This document shows positions 39,106-53,152 of a stretch of 64,000 bases of DNA, piece after piece. Source of the DNA: Octopus bimaculoides (Eukaryota); NCBI RefSeq assembly GCF_001194135.2, contig NC_069000.1, forward strand, positions 40,689,179 to 40,753,178, given 5' to 3'. Numbering within the stretch: the stretch's first letter is position 1; each line of letters opens with the position of its first letter. Made by a program: the position numbers and the translations under genes. The notes beneath the pieces are model-generated. The model made no database searches. It had not been told where the DNA came from and worked only from the letters and a program-made list of their open reading frames with translations.

Positions 39106-42042
39106 CGGTTGATTATATTAACACTCTGAACCCAGTACTTCTTTGCTACAGATACAACAACAACAGTATAAGTACTGGTATTGAGTCATTTAACAAACCC
39201 AACAAGGCAGTATTCTGGCATGACTACAGTTCAATGACAGAAACTAATAAAATAGTAAAAGAATAACTAAATAAATACATAAAAAAAATAATAAAAGAAA
39301 CAAAATCCCTTGAAGCTTTTATAATACATTTATTTGAATTTTTGATAAAGAAATTTGAAATCTTTACAAATGATGTGATGGTAAAAGTGTCAAATCTATG
39401 GCAACAAAATTTACAAATTGGGAAGAAAAAAAGATCAACAATTATTGAACATCACAATTCGTTTTCAGTTTTGGGAATAGAATTTTTTTTTCTTTTTTTT
39501 TTTTTGTTCAGGACAAAATAAAAGTTGTAAATATTTGCTTTTTTTTTTAACTTGAAAGTGATTTTTCTGTTCTTTAGATGCTACTGTTGAAGTTTAGTGG
39601 GTATTGGTCTGAAATTATTGATTGGGGATTTATTAAGTCAATTAGATTTTTGCTATACTATGAAGATGATGTAGTTATATTTCTATAAAATCATAGTCCT
39701 TCAATGTCTCTGTCGTATTAGTTCTGTTGTGCTTCAGCTTTGTACATAATTGTTCATATTTTATTAGACATACCCACTCAAGTTTAAATCTCTTTAGCAT
39801 TACTAAGTGTATTCTATATGGAGAATATCTGATTCTCATCTAGCAGCTATATTTTATTAGATACGTATGTGTTTGTGTGCACATGTGTATAGGCTTGTTT
39901 TGTGTGTGTGTGTGTGTATTCACTTATGTATATTGTACTTGTTATTGCAATGATTGAGTTTTGTACACAATATGTACTTATCCCCAAAATACAATTTTTT
40001 CATAAGTTGTCTAGCTTGACAACCAATATATTTGTGCTTTTATCCTTTCTTCTTCATTATATGCAATAAATTATAAAATATATAATTAGATTCCATATAT
40101 GAAATTATTTAGTTTCCAAACAAGAACAAAAGGTTTTTAAATAAATGTAAATGTCAAAAAAAAAAAAAAAAATATGCACTTTTGTAATAATAAGTAATCT
40201 CTTGTATAGACACAAGCAAAATTTTGTAAAAGAAACCCCAAAGGGATGAAAGACAAGCCAGACTTGGCAGGATTTGAACTCAGAATATAGAGATAGAACT
40301 AAATACAATAAGGCATTTAGTCTAATTCTCTTCTATATTGTCAACTCACTGCTCTTGTAACAATGATTGAGTTTGAAAACTGAACTAAAATTATATCAAA
40401 GGTAACAGTTAAATTAATTGTAACAATAATAATAATAATAATCCTTTCTACTGGAAGCACAAGGCCTCAAATTTGGTGTAAGGGATTAAGTCAATTACAT
40501 CGACCCCAGTGCGTAACTGGTACTTATTTAATTGACTCCAAAAGGATGAAAGGCAAAGTTGACCTCGGCAGAATAATAATAATAATAATAACATTTTAAA
40601 AGATTTGTTAGGTCTACAGACCACTGAACTGTATATTCAATGATGATGACTAGGAGATGTATTCAGTATCAGGAAACATGAGCCCAAAAATAGACACTAG
40701 TGTAGTGTCTCCTGATCAAAGAACTATACCATACATTCAAGGAGGGAAACGCTACCATGATGTCTTCAGTCCAGGGGAATACATAACCTAGGAGGGGTGA
40801 GGAAATTGTGTGATATTCTGAGAGTTATTTTGAACCCAAAGTTGAAAGTTAATGTGATGTATTTGAAAGAAAATAAAAAAAAACTTTCGTTGCTACTTTG
40901 TGGAATTAAAGTTAAATTTGCATAACAGGATGTTTAGAACAAGAAAGAAAAAAATGATACTTTCAAAAAAATAGTAGTTATATTATAATTAGAAACAAAT
41001 AAATGAAACAAAATTCATTTACACAATTGTTTGTAATTTGCTTTTTATTCTTCAGAATTCAATATATATTAAAAAAAATTTTTTTTTTTTCAAATTTCTT
41101 TTATATCTCTTTCTTATAAATGAAAAAAAATAATAGTAATAATAATAACAACAATGAAACCATTGAGTATTTCAATTTTAAAATCTAAGCAAAATATTTG
41201 AAAATATCTGTATAAACAATTCTTTTTTATCCACAGAATAAGATAACTTTGTTTTGACTTTTCTATTCTCTTTAAGCCTTCTGTATCATATAAACTGGCC
41301 AGATTCTGCCCCTGTAGACAGGGTGAGTTGTTCAAATTGTTAATAGCAGGCCTTGTTGATATGTTACTTTTGGTAGCAGGACCTCTGCTTCCATTGAATC
41401 ATACAGTATGTCTTGGTTTAGTGTTATAAGTTCATCATTTTTATATTAATACATTAAAATACTTAACGATAAATAAACGGCCCTTACTACAAATGCTAAA
41501 CTTCTTGATAACATTCAACCCTGAATATCAATTTGATTAGAATTTCAGATTATTACTAATCAACAATATAGTAAAAAAAACAACAAAATGACCCATTAAA
41601 AATAAACATGCCTAACAGTCAAAGCCTACAAGCCACTTTCTTTCAGCTACAGTCAGAAACTGCAATACAAAGATAAAGCAATATGATCTACTAGTGGTTT
41701 ACTTTTATTTTTATTTTATTTCATTTTATTTTATTCATTTATTAACAAAACATATTTCATTACTGATTTCATAAATCAGTAATGAAATCTTGAAGATTTT
41801 ACTATGAGAATTATGGGGCATGGAGATTTAGATTAGAAAGCAGTAGAATAAACACCAGGAATAATGGGTACAGAAGAGAGAAGTCTTTCTAACTTATTTA
41901 AATATATGTCTCTACACACTCAACATATCTCAACCACAGTATAACTTAACAATGAATGCTAAAGCACGCCATATTGATTTATATTGTTGGTCCATAGATA
42001 TTGTTGGTCCATAATTGTTGGTCCATAGATATTGTTGGTCCA

Positions 42043-42119
42043 TAATTAGGGACTGAGGTTTAAGAGTGTGCTAGGAGATCAGATCTCCTAGCACACTCTT
42101 AAACCTCAGTCCCTAATTA
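42043..42119. repeat. Perfect palindrome, 38-bp arms, 1-nt centre
   Basis: taattagggactgaggtttaagagtgtgctaggagatc-a-gatctcctagcacactcttaaacctcagtccctaatta, preceded by short tandem units (attgttggtccata). Confidence 0.95.
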
Positions 42120-44051
42120 ACTAACTTAATTCTTACCTGGTTATATTTTCACAGCAATAGTAATATTATCTCTTTGTAAAAGTAATATTTACTGGTTATA
42201 AAAGAAGACAAAAGAAAACACATCCTATTATATTCTTTGGCATACACACTATACTATTATTGTAGTCATTTTCAGAAACAGATATACAATATGATGATGA
42301 TACATCTTTGTACCAGATATTAAAAGGTACAAAACAACCTCCAGTCCCGTCTTAGAATGAATCCACCAGATTGTTTGCCTACCAGAGACATATATTTCTT
42401 TGGAAAATATGAGTTTTTAATGTCTGTTTAACTCAAAACAGATTCAATAATCATAATCATTATGGAAGTAGAAGTGTTGGATGTTGATTCCGTGTGCTAA
42501 ATAACACGAGATGCTAACTTCTCACTTGAATTTATGATTCACTAAAGGTTTGATAACAGCAAGGAAAAAAATTAAACTTTTATCTTTTACTTATTTCAGT
42601 CATTCGACTGTGGCCATACTGGAGCAAAATATTCTCATTCAAAATCTAGAGTCCTTCTTTTCTCAGGAATATGCATAGGAAAAAAATCCTTTTTTTTTTT
42701 TTTCCGAGTAACAGAAAATTTTGTCAAATGTCTTTTATAATATCAACAATATTGATTTTAGAATCAATTTTAACAATAATATTATAAAAGAACCATAATA
42801 ATAATCTCATTAAATTTTGATGGAAACAGAAAATTTATCTCTAATTAAAACATGAGCAAAGGACTAAAATGATTTAACATTTGAAGAATAAAGGGGGAAA
42901 TAAAAAAGAATTTTAAAAAAAGGCGGGAGAAATAGACCAGCAAGCAAGCTAATTATCCAACATGGAAGGTGCTGAGTAGTGAGCGAAAATAAGGGTTAAA
43001 ATCCCTGTTTTTGTTTATATCACAACTATTTAAACAAGGAATCATAGCTCCTTCTACTATAATAGTTTCTAGTTCTTTAGCTTCAGCACAACCATAATTT
43101 GTTTTAAAAAATGAATGGCATGGAATTGGATTAGATACAAGAATTGTATTTGAGAAAATATGAAAATACCAATATGTAAAAATAGTAAGAAACTTCTAAC
43201 TATAAAGCAATTCATGTTCTATTGTTATTGGTGTTGCAGTTAGTGATGATGCTGTTGGTTTATTTAGAAATAATATTCTATAAAAAAATAATTGTGAACC
43301 AGGAATATATATATATATATTTATGCATTTTGAATGGCAATAATAGATGTGGTCAGCTCTATGAATGTGTAACTCTCTTACATCAAAAACTGAGCACTGA
43401 CTGAGAGCCAAGTACAACATATAGCAACGTACTCTCTGTTTTAGTACCACTGGTAGAAAGTTGATTAGAGTAGTATACAGAGGTAACAGAGATAAATTGA
43501 TTGACAGTAGAAGAAATTGATGTCAGAGCAATTATTTTCTGAGTTGTGACATAAATAATCTGCTATATTAATACTATGCATTTTCACATTTTTTGGTGCT
43601 ATTTATAAGCATAATAAACTTATAAATATACAGCATTTATCTTATAAAACTATGTTGAAAAATTTTCTTTTAGTTTGTCACACTTGTATTTTAGTACCAA
43701 CAACAGCAAATATAATTTAAAACAATTTTCCAAATCTAGGACTGCCTCAATATAATGTGATAGTGGTGAGATAAGAAAAGCTGGGAAGGCTCTGTCATGT
43801 ATCTGGAATTATCAAAATATGAGGATAAATATACAAAAAGAAAAAAAAAATGCTGAAACTTCTCTGTACTTTAAAAAATTTTTTTTTTCCAGACTGACAG
43901 ATATGTCACAAGTAACACCTACTTCCTTGTTATAAGGGTAACAAAGTATACTTCACTTGGAGCCAGCCCTGATTATATTCAGGAGAGTTTAGATTAATAA
44001 TGTAATTATTAATGTCAGAATGCCAAGTAATTTTACAAGCATTTTTCTCAA

Positions 44052-44083
<32 letters not shown>

Positions 44084-44981
44084 ATGAGAGAGGGTGAGTG
44101 AGTGAGAGAGAGAGAGAGTTTATGGAAATAACTAAGGCTAGATGGAAATTCTTTCTTCTAAGAGTCAGGATGGGGCAAGCAAGGCCCATGAACCTTTCCA
44201 GAGCCTCTGAGACAGGTGGGAGGAAATTATTCTCAGACCAGAGCCTTGACTTAAATGTCAGCTACAAGCACCCAAGGTGGGGTTAAACTGGGTGACTGGT
44301 TAAGTCTACCAGCATAACAGCTGGTAATCAGTAATGGAAACACCAATTGAAGTAGAGAGTATTAAATAATTTCTAGATTTTGTCATGAAATAATAACATC
44401 TATATAATTTATCTATATATTAAATCTTTCTTTTTTCATGTTGTCAATAAGTGAATAAATCTACTATACAACATACCACCATTCATCTCGGTCAATCTTT
44501 CTTCTCTCTTCTGTGAAGCTCAACAACCCCCTAGTTCTGATCTTACTACTTCTTTTTGTATCTGTCCATGCATATTATTTACTTACTTATATATATATGG
44601 TGAAGTTATTGAGTTGAGATAAGTCCCTTTGTCACAAGAGAGAAGAAACTGTTTTGGAGATGTCCCTTCAAAATATCAGACGCCTCTCTTTTTCCCCCAG
44701 CCTAGAGTTTCTTACCACGAACTTCACTGCATAATCTTTACTGGTACCACCAGTCTCCTTGGGCTCTTGTTTTATCACCAATATATTTTAAAATCAAAGC
44801 ACTACAGTTGTTTCTATCATGTCACATTCAACAAGATCTTCAGTCAAAATAGGTGACACAGTCGACAATGGGCAAAGGAAATTAGATGAATAGATATATA
44901 AAAAAAAACGTTTGTTTTATGTATTATATATTACGTACCACCATGGGAGATGTCTATTTTGTTTTACTCTCATTAATAAAG

Positions 44982-45028
<47 letters not shown>

Positions 45029-45507
45029 TACATACACAACTGTAGCAGTTTATAAGCTTTTAAATATTTCTATATGGACAGAGGTCAAGTGAATGCAAAA
45101 GATCAAGAGATCAATATACTTTTTCTACAAAAACTTAAGAAAAATTTCCAGCTTTCAACTGTAAATAATTTTCAATTAATGACAGTCGTTCTGTATCCAG
45201 AATATTATCAAATGAAATAATTCTACTTTGAAAACACATTTAGTGGACAAAAATACAATAAAATAAAATAGAAATATANNNNNNNNNNNNNNNNNNNNNN
45301 NNNNNNNNNNNNNNNNNNNNNNNNNNNNNNNNNNNNNNNNNNNNNNNNNNNNNNNNNNNNNNNNNNNNNNNNNNNNNNNNNNNNNNNNNNNNNNNNNNNN
45401 NNNNNNNNNNNNNNNNNNNNNNNNNNNNNNNNNNNNNNNNNNNNNNNNNNNNNNNNNNNNNNNNNNNNNNNNNNNNNNNNNNNNNNNNNNNNNNNNNNNN
45501 NNNNNNN

Positions 45508-45582
<75 letters not shown>

Positions 45583-46436
45583 CAATTCTGGAATCTTTGT
45601 TATATATTCATTTGATTCCTTTATATTATCATTGTTAGTATCATCATTACAAATATTATTATTAGTTTTATTCTGTTTATTTGATTGGTCTGGAGGAAAG
45701 GACTGTGACTTTATGGGCCCTCTGAGACTGGTGAGATCGATGTAGTTAATGTTCTTGAACACTTGCAAGCCAATGGTTGCAACAAAAATATGGGTAGGGA
45801 GAAAGAATTCCAGAAGACCATGTTCTGGAGGGGAAGGACTGTTATCAATTATTATTATTATTATTATTATTATAATTACTATAATAACAACTGCAGTGAT
45901 TATCAAAACTATATTTAATATAATCACTATTAATATAATGAATGCTACAATTATAACAATCATTACAAGTATAATTACTACTACCATCCATCATATCATT
46001 ATCATGTTGTTCTGCTCGCAATGATTGGGAAATCAAAATTAAAAATTTCATAGTCTTTGCATTGAAAAAAAAAAAAGCCTGTTACCAACCTAAAAACTTC
46101 AGTTACATTGAACGCCTTGAATGTCCCTTCTCCTCACTCACTACTCTCTTTTCTCTCTCAATACCATTCTACCATTATGCCTCATTTAAAACCTAGACTT
46201 TCACCTTCTCCTTGCTGAGTTTTGTACACTACAACCTATATCTAGGAAACGAACAAAAAGGCTTGATAAGGTTTAGATTTAGGTATAAATCATTGCAAAA
46301 AAAGGTTTACAAAAGCCCGATATAGAGTGGAGATTTAATATCATGATGATGATAAATCTTAATGTATTTTATTCATCCATCTTATGTGTACTTTATTTTA
46401 TGTGTTTCAACATACTAGGTATAACAGAGCTACATT

Positions 46437-46655
46437 ATGAACACTTGTATTATATAACCAACAATACTTCTATAATATAGCTATGAGCAATTTTATTTTA
46501 TAGCCATGAACACTTCTATTATATAGTCACAAACACTTGTATTATAGAGCCATGCACACTGATATTATATAGCTTTGAACACTTGAATTATATAGTCATG
46601 AATGCTTTTATTATATAGACATGAACACTTCTGTTACACAGTCATAAACACTGCT
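46437..46655. repeat. Degenerate 23-bp minisatellite (atgaacacttctattatatagtc), about 9-10 units
   Basis: Read directly from the sequence. Confidence 0.85.
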
Positions 46656-47736
46656 TTTACATATCACAGGCTGAAAGTTAGAGGACTTGAACTCAGTCCT
46701 TTAAATTAATAAATCAATCACTAATTACATAGTCATTTCACTTCTAGCAACAATAAGTTATCCCTATACATGGAATCTATTTTTATCCGAGCCAGTGATG
46801 TCAAAGCTTTTATGCCTTTAATAATCCTCTCACTGGAGTATCCCGAGTATAAATGTATTTTAGTTTTATTTAGATAAATGCTTAGAGATAATTTTTTTAT
46901 AACATGATAGTGCAAGGAAATTTTTTGTTTGCTCCTTTTCATTTTCCTTTTTTTTTTTTTTGTATATCTAAAAACCTACCATATGTCATAAATTTACCAT
47001 CACTAATCTAAGGGAACTAAATCAGAGAGATCTATACTTGGCATGAGTGGTGTGTCATGCTGTATGAACCGAAACGCATTCTTTCAGCTGGCAGTTTGAT
47101 TTCCCATTAACAAGATCATCTAAAAATTTTCCTTCTAATAGCTAACCACCAATCAGTAGAGGTAGCCACCATATCATAACACATTCTTTTATGGTGATTT
47201 AAAAAAAAAAAAAAGTAAATTTATTTGTGGAATGTTTAAATAATCAATATTTGAAGAAGAATATTGTGAAGATTTATTATTGCTGATGTCCTTCAAATAT
47301 ATTTTCAAATTTCTTGCTTGTTCTTTCATTTTGCATAGTAAGATAGGTAACAAAACTCTTCTTTAGTACAATTCAACTCAGCACTTTTTCTTTGTTCACT
47401 TGTTCATTCATTTTGCTTACTGAGGTTTTACAAATATCCTTATACACTCAGCAACTGTTTCATATCACTCCAAGGGGAAGATTTTAGTCTCACTTTAATT
47501 CATAGCAGGATTTTTTTAGTCTTACATATTTAGGTATTTTATTTTATATGTGAATGTTTACTATTATTATTATCATTTTGTATGTGTTTTGTAAAAGAAT
47601 GAAGTAGACGCAGAATTTTACTGTTTCATTAGTTGTATTTCAGGGTAATCTATTAAGTTCTGTTATGCCATAATCAACAAAAAAAAACTTGAATTTTGCT
47701 CAAACATACGAATATTACTGCCAAAGGCTTTACATT

Positions 47737-47803
<67 letters not shown>

Positions 47804-47901
47804 ACATTTATATTAGTGCATAAACATTGATATCTCAATAATAAATATATCCTTTTGTCAAAAACTGTTAGCCCAATTAATATATATATACACAGGATTA
47901 T

Positions 47902-48469
47902 NNNNNNNNNNNNNNNNNNNNNNNNNNNNNNNNNNNNNNNNNNNNNNNNNNNNNNNNNNNNNNNNNNNNNNNNNNNNNNNNNNNNNNNNNNNNNNNNNNN
48001 NNNNNNNNNNNNNNNNNNNNNNNNNNNNNNNNNNNNNNNNNNNNNNNNNNNNNNNNNNNNNNNNNNNNNNNNNNNNNNNNNNNNNNNNNNNNNNNNNNNN
48101 NNNNNNNNNNNNNNNNNNNNNNNNNNNNNNNNNNNNNNNNNNNNNNNNNNNNNNNNNNNNNNNNNNNNNNNNNNNNNNNNNNNNNNNNNNNNNNNNNNNN
48201 NNNNNNNNNNNNNNNNNNNNNNNNNNNNNNNNNNNNNNNNNNNNNNNNNNNNNNNNNNNNNNNNNNNNNNNNNNNNNNNNNNNNNNNNNNNNNNNNNNNN
48301 NNNNNNNNNNNNNNNNNNNNNNNNNNNNNNNNNNNNNNNNNNNNNNNNNNNNNNNNNNNNNNNNNNNNNNNNNNNNNNNNNNNNNNNNNNNNNNNNNNNN
48401 NNNNNNNNNNNNNNNNNNNNNNNNNNNNNNNNNNNNNNNNNNNNNNNNNNNNNNNNNNNNNNNNNNNNN
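47902..48469. other. Largest assembly gap, flanked by (TA)n
   Basis: Run of N. Other gaps are at 9284-9539, 12252-12536, 16556-16565, 21870-22207, 23923-23932, 27607-27643, 35412-35470, 45279-45507 and 51282-51381. Confidence 0.97.
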
Positions 48470-48543
<74 letters not shown>

Positions 48544-50672
48544 ATATATATATATACATGTATATGTATATATATATATACATGTATATGTATATATGTA
48601 TATACACATATATATATATATATGTGTGTACACATACACACACATATATATTTATGAATACACACACACAAATAACATTTGACAACTTAGTAACAAGTGA
48701 ACCCAAAAAGTCATCTTTTATTAATGTTTACAAACCAAAATGCACTGATTAAGTACTAATGCTGTCTTCAGACTTTACACCCATTTATTATTGGTATTGC
48801 TGGTAACTTATTTTATAACCTTCTCCAAAAACGAAATGATAAGTTGGCATCTATGGTTTTGAACTCAAAATCTCAGAGCCCCAAGTTACACACCATACGC
48901 TGGCATGCAAATTTAGTACTCTTCCAAACAAATTTGTGCATGTTTGTACGTGCACACACATGTGTGCAATCCTTGTGCTTGTATGTATACATACGTGTGT
49001 AAATATATATATAATAAATTTAGTTTTGATTGTAACTTCAAGTTTCACCTGATATCTAATTCAACAAAGCTGAAAGAGTTGTCAGTTGGAAGTCATAATT
49101 AAAATTAATTTCATGATAAATTTTATGCTACTTTTAGTATTGGGTCTGCCACATCCATCAGTAAATGGTCTGTTGTTATTCTTAAAATTCCTTTAAAATA
49201 ACAACTAAATAATTAACACACACAGATACACACACACATATATATATATATTTGTAATATTATTGTACATGCACATACATGTGAAAATGTGTGAAATGCT
49301 GATGGAGAGTAAAGGTAAAAAGTAAACAAACTTCTACAGACAATACATGACAAGTATAGCTTTATAGACAGAAAATCACACAATATAGAACATTTTCTAA
49401 ATGTATTTTTTTTTTAGTTTTATTTATTATTATTATTATCATTTTTACTTTACTGAGAAGAGTCAAGATTTTTTTTTTTTTTTAAATTTGAATAAATATC
49501 GTGGTAAATATACATAACGTGTGCTACATTTTGAGCAGCTTTGTTAAAATTAGGAGTTGCTTTTTGTCATAAATCTCCTTTCTGTTTATTTTAAAACAGA
49601 AAGGAACAAAAAAAAAACTGACGATAACATAGTGGTTTGACTTGTTTTGCTGTACAAAACTTTTTGTTTTTATCCAGCATCATTAGCAGCACAAGTGAAA
49701 CATAATTTACAGAGTAACTTACCAACACACCACAACACTCACAACAAAAATAATGATATTAATCAGTAACAATAAATCATTTATTATGTAGGCACAAGGT
49801 CATAAATTATAAGGAAGGGAACAGCTGCTTAAATCAACCCAGTTCCTCACTGGTACTTATTTTTATCGACAATCCACCACTGGAAGGGTGAAAGGCAAAG
49901 TTGACCTTGGTGTGATTTGATCTCTGAATCTATAGGAACGTAACAAATACTGCCACTGCCCCAACTTAATAATAGTAACAGATAATAACAGCAAAAACAT
50001 CTATAACAATAAATAGGCTCTAAGCCAGAGATCTGGAAGGTGGGGTAGTTGTCAGTTATATTGTCCCCCAGTTCTTGACTGGTACTTTATTTTATCAACC
50101 CCAGAAGGATGAAAGGAAAAGTTCACCTAGCTGGGATTTGATCTCAAGATCTATAAGGACATAACTAAATACTACCACCACACCACTTCAATAATAACAG
50201 CGACCGATAATAAATTACACTAATAAGGATAACAGTTTCAATATAGGCATAAGGCCAAACATTTTGGGATAGAAGAAACAGTTGATTAAATGAAATCTAG
50301 TACTTAGGTACTTATTTTATTTACTCTAGAAAGATTAAAGGCAAAGTTGGCCCTGGCAGGATTTGAACTCAAAATGTAGAGTGACACAACAAAATACCAG
50401 ACGGTATGTTGTTCAAAAGCTCTATTGATTCCACCACTTCGCCCTTATAACTCCTTTCCGTAAGCCCAAGCACAAAATGTACTCACAAACGTGGATGGCG
50501 ATGAGACAAACTGAGATGAAATAAAATAGAGCTCAAAATATTTTCTTTAAAAAAAAAACGAAAAAAATTACTAATAATAATACGGTACATTAAAAATTAA
50601 ACATAAATTAAGAAACGGGGCTAAGAAAACAAATAGTGACAAAAATAATTATGTAAAGCACCTCTTTTATTT

Positions 50673-50750
50673 TTACATACTGTCTAAGAACATGCATCCT
50701 TCATCTTCGAAGCGATGTAGAAGCTGCTGAGTTCGTTCTTTTTCATCAAC
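50673..50750 (-). CDS. NSF: NSF terminal coding exon (VDEKERTQQLLHRFEDEGCMFLDSM*)
   Basis: Acceptor ttctacttcag|, phase 0, ends at TAA. Aligns in length and position with [25 protein letters not shown]. Confidence 0.88.
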   Translation of the reverse strand, partial: VDEKERTQQLLHRFEDEGCMFLDSM

Positions 50751-50986
50751 CTGAAGTAGAAAAAGAAAGGAAAAAAGATGTAGAAATAACGTATATATAT
50801 ATATATATATATATATAAGGTGAAACCCTGCCAAAAATTTAATGGTTGAGCAGCAAAGATTTTGAGTTTGTGTCAGTTTGACAATGGAGACTTTGCTCAT
50901 GACAGGGCTTCATCATGGTCATTTGCCTTGTTCCATACATGTAATGAATTTTTATCCCATATTCTTTATTTACTTTAATCAAACTT

Positions 50987-51023
<37 letters not shown>

Positions 51024-51606
51024 GATAGGAATAAATTACAATAATAATTACAATAATAATGGATATTAGCGTCAAATCTCTCTCTTAAATTTAAATTTAA
51101 AACTTTGGATATATAAACAAGGAGAACGATCCCTAAGGAGTCTAATTTAGACTTTTTTGCAGTGAAATCTCCTGCTATATTGGTAACGATTACATAGTTT
51201 TCTATGAAAAAGTATAATACAAATAATAAAGGAGTATATGCATATATAAGTACATGTATGTACATACCTACATCTACATGTNNNNNNNNNNNNNNNNNNN
51301 NNNNNNNNNNNNNNNNNNNNNNNNNNNNNNNNNNNNNNNNNNNNNNNNNNNNNNNNNNNNNNNNNNNNNNNNNNNNNNNNNTATAAACGTAAGTTTCAAA
51401 TTTTGGCAAAAAGGTCAGCATATTGGAGGAAGGGGTTAAGTTGATTACATTGATTCTGTATGTATGTATGCATGCAGGCATACAAACAAACAATTACTAA
51501 TTAACTCAGTTGGACAAATGACAATGACAGGGATGATTACTCGAGTCATGTATGAAATCACCACTCAGCAATTTAAAAAGTCACAAACTGTGGTCATTTT
51601 ACTTAC

Positions 51607-51658
51607 CTGCCTAGCAAACTCTGCAATCATTAACAATTTCTTTATTGGTAAATGGAAT
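51607..51658 (-). CDS. NSF: NSF exon (R-FHLPIKKLLMIAEFARQ)
   Basis: ttccttttcag| ... |gtaagt; 52 nt, phase 2/0. Aligns with VWIGIKKLLMLIEMSLQ. Confidence 0.92.
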
Positions 51659-52359
51659 CTGAAAAGGAAAAAAAATAATAATAATAATATGTTTAATCTA
51701 AAGTTAAAATGAAGTAAGATTCAATTTCCTATAGTCATTTCTACAATGTAGCTTACATAGGGAGTTCTGAAATTTCACATTTCCATCTACTTGACTGAAA
51801 ATGAGTACCAGCCAACTGTAAGTGTAAATCTTTTTCTCTCAAGCTGTCACATCCTTGATATGTTACTGGGTCAGGTTGGGAGAGCTGAGTGGGTGTCTAT
51901 ATTTGCTTATGACTACACAAGCATCTAAAACAATAAATAAAGGTGTGGTACAAGTTACCCAATCATACTCACTTGCAAGTGACAGCTGAACTTCAGTCAA
52001 ATAAGTAAGAGCAGCAACCATGCTCTTTTTCAGGACCTCCAAGACTAATATGGGAAGAGAGGAAGTTAAGCACAGAATAAAATCCTGGTTCATATGCCTG
52101 CCAGAGAGTGTACTTCACTAAAGACACTCCAGGGGGTCAGGTGGTGTTGTTAAACTGGATGATGGATTTGAGTATATCACCTAAGAATAGGAATGGACCA
52201 TTCAATGAGATTCCAAATTGTTTTCATCCACCAAATTTTACTCATAAGGTCTCAAGTCAACTTGGGTCTCTAGAAGATATGATTCTCCAAATAAGCAAGT
52301 CGGAGAGGGAGGGAAGGAGAGTTAGTTGGTTGGCTGTGTGAGTGGATGGATATGTATAT

Positions 52360-52718
52360 TATTGTTGGCACTCCGTCGCTTACGACGTCGAGGGTTCCAG
52401 TTGATCCGATCGTGAAATTAACGTGCAAGTGGCTGAGCACTCCACAGACACGTGTACCCTTAACGTAGTTCTCTGGGATATTCAGCGTGACAAGGCTGAC
52501 CCTTTGCATTACAGGCACAACAGAAACAGGAAGTAAGAGTGAGAGAAAGTTGTGGTGGAAGAGTACAGCAGGGTTCGCCACCATCCCCTGCCGGAGCCTC
52601 GTGGAGCTTTAGGTGTTTTCGCTCATTAAACACTCACAACGCCCGGTCTGGGAATCGAAACCGCAATCCTATGACCGCAAGTCCGCTGCCCTAACCACTG
52701 GGCCATTGCGCCTCCACA
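52360..52718 (-). mobile_element. tRNA-derived SINE (family A), near full length, with TSD
   Basis: Head ggaggcgcaatggcccagtggttagggcagcggac…ggtttcgattccc with A/B-box-like motifs. An 11-bp TSD gatatgtatat lies at 52349-52359 and 52719-52729. Confidence 0.9.
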
Positions 52719-53152
52719 GATATGTATATATTCAAACAGTAAAATGTATAGTTAGAAGAATGCTTAGATCTTGTCTTTAATCGCAAACAATAATATTCGT
52801 TGAATTGTGATTTTGAGGTTCAGGACTAAGTGACAGTTGTATTTTGCTAAAAACCAAGGTGCCTTAGCAGAGCTAAACTATTGCAAGCTTTTGCCCAGCT
52901 CTAAGGATAATTGGTTATCTTGATGTGCTGATTTCTACTTTGGCAACTGATGTTTCTTCCTCTGTTTGCCTTCACACGTTTCAGACATCTTATGAAAGGT
53001 CATCAGTGATGTTTTTTATCCTCTGCTAAAACCATGTACAGCTTTTATTTACAATCACAAAACTTTTCAGACTGGCAAAAACTTTGAAACTGGCAGCAGC
53101 TGTGAAGTATAAACATTTCATAACTAAAAGATGAAAAAACAAAATAACAAAC

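Noticed and set aside
44800-47160. Several short protein-like frames (e.g. LYGPSETGEIDVVNVLEHLQANG, EIYTWHEWCVMLYEPK)
   Set aside because: No recognisable family, no consistent splice phases, and they are bounded by stops. I cannot distinguish them from decayed repeats or UTR without a search.
47674-48752. Long ORFs of 250-320 aa (also at 9255, 12076-12740, 21856 and 45223)
   Set aside because: They are built from N-gaps and (TA)n/(TG)n/(ATT)n microsatellites, with no coding signal.
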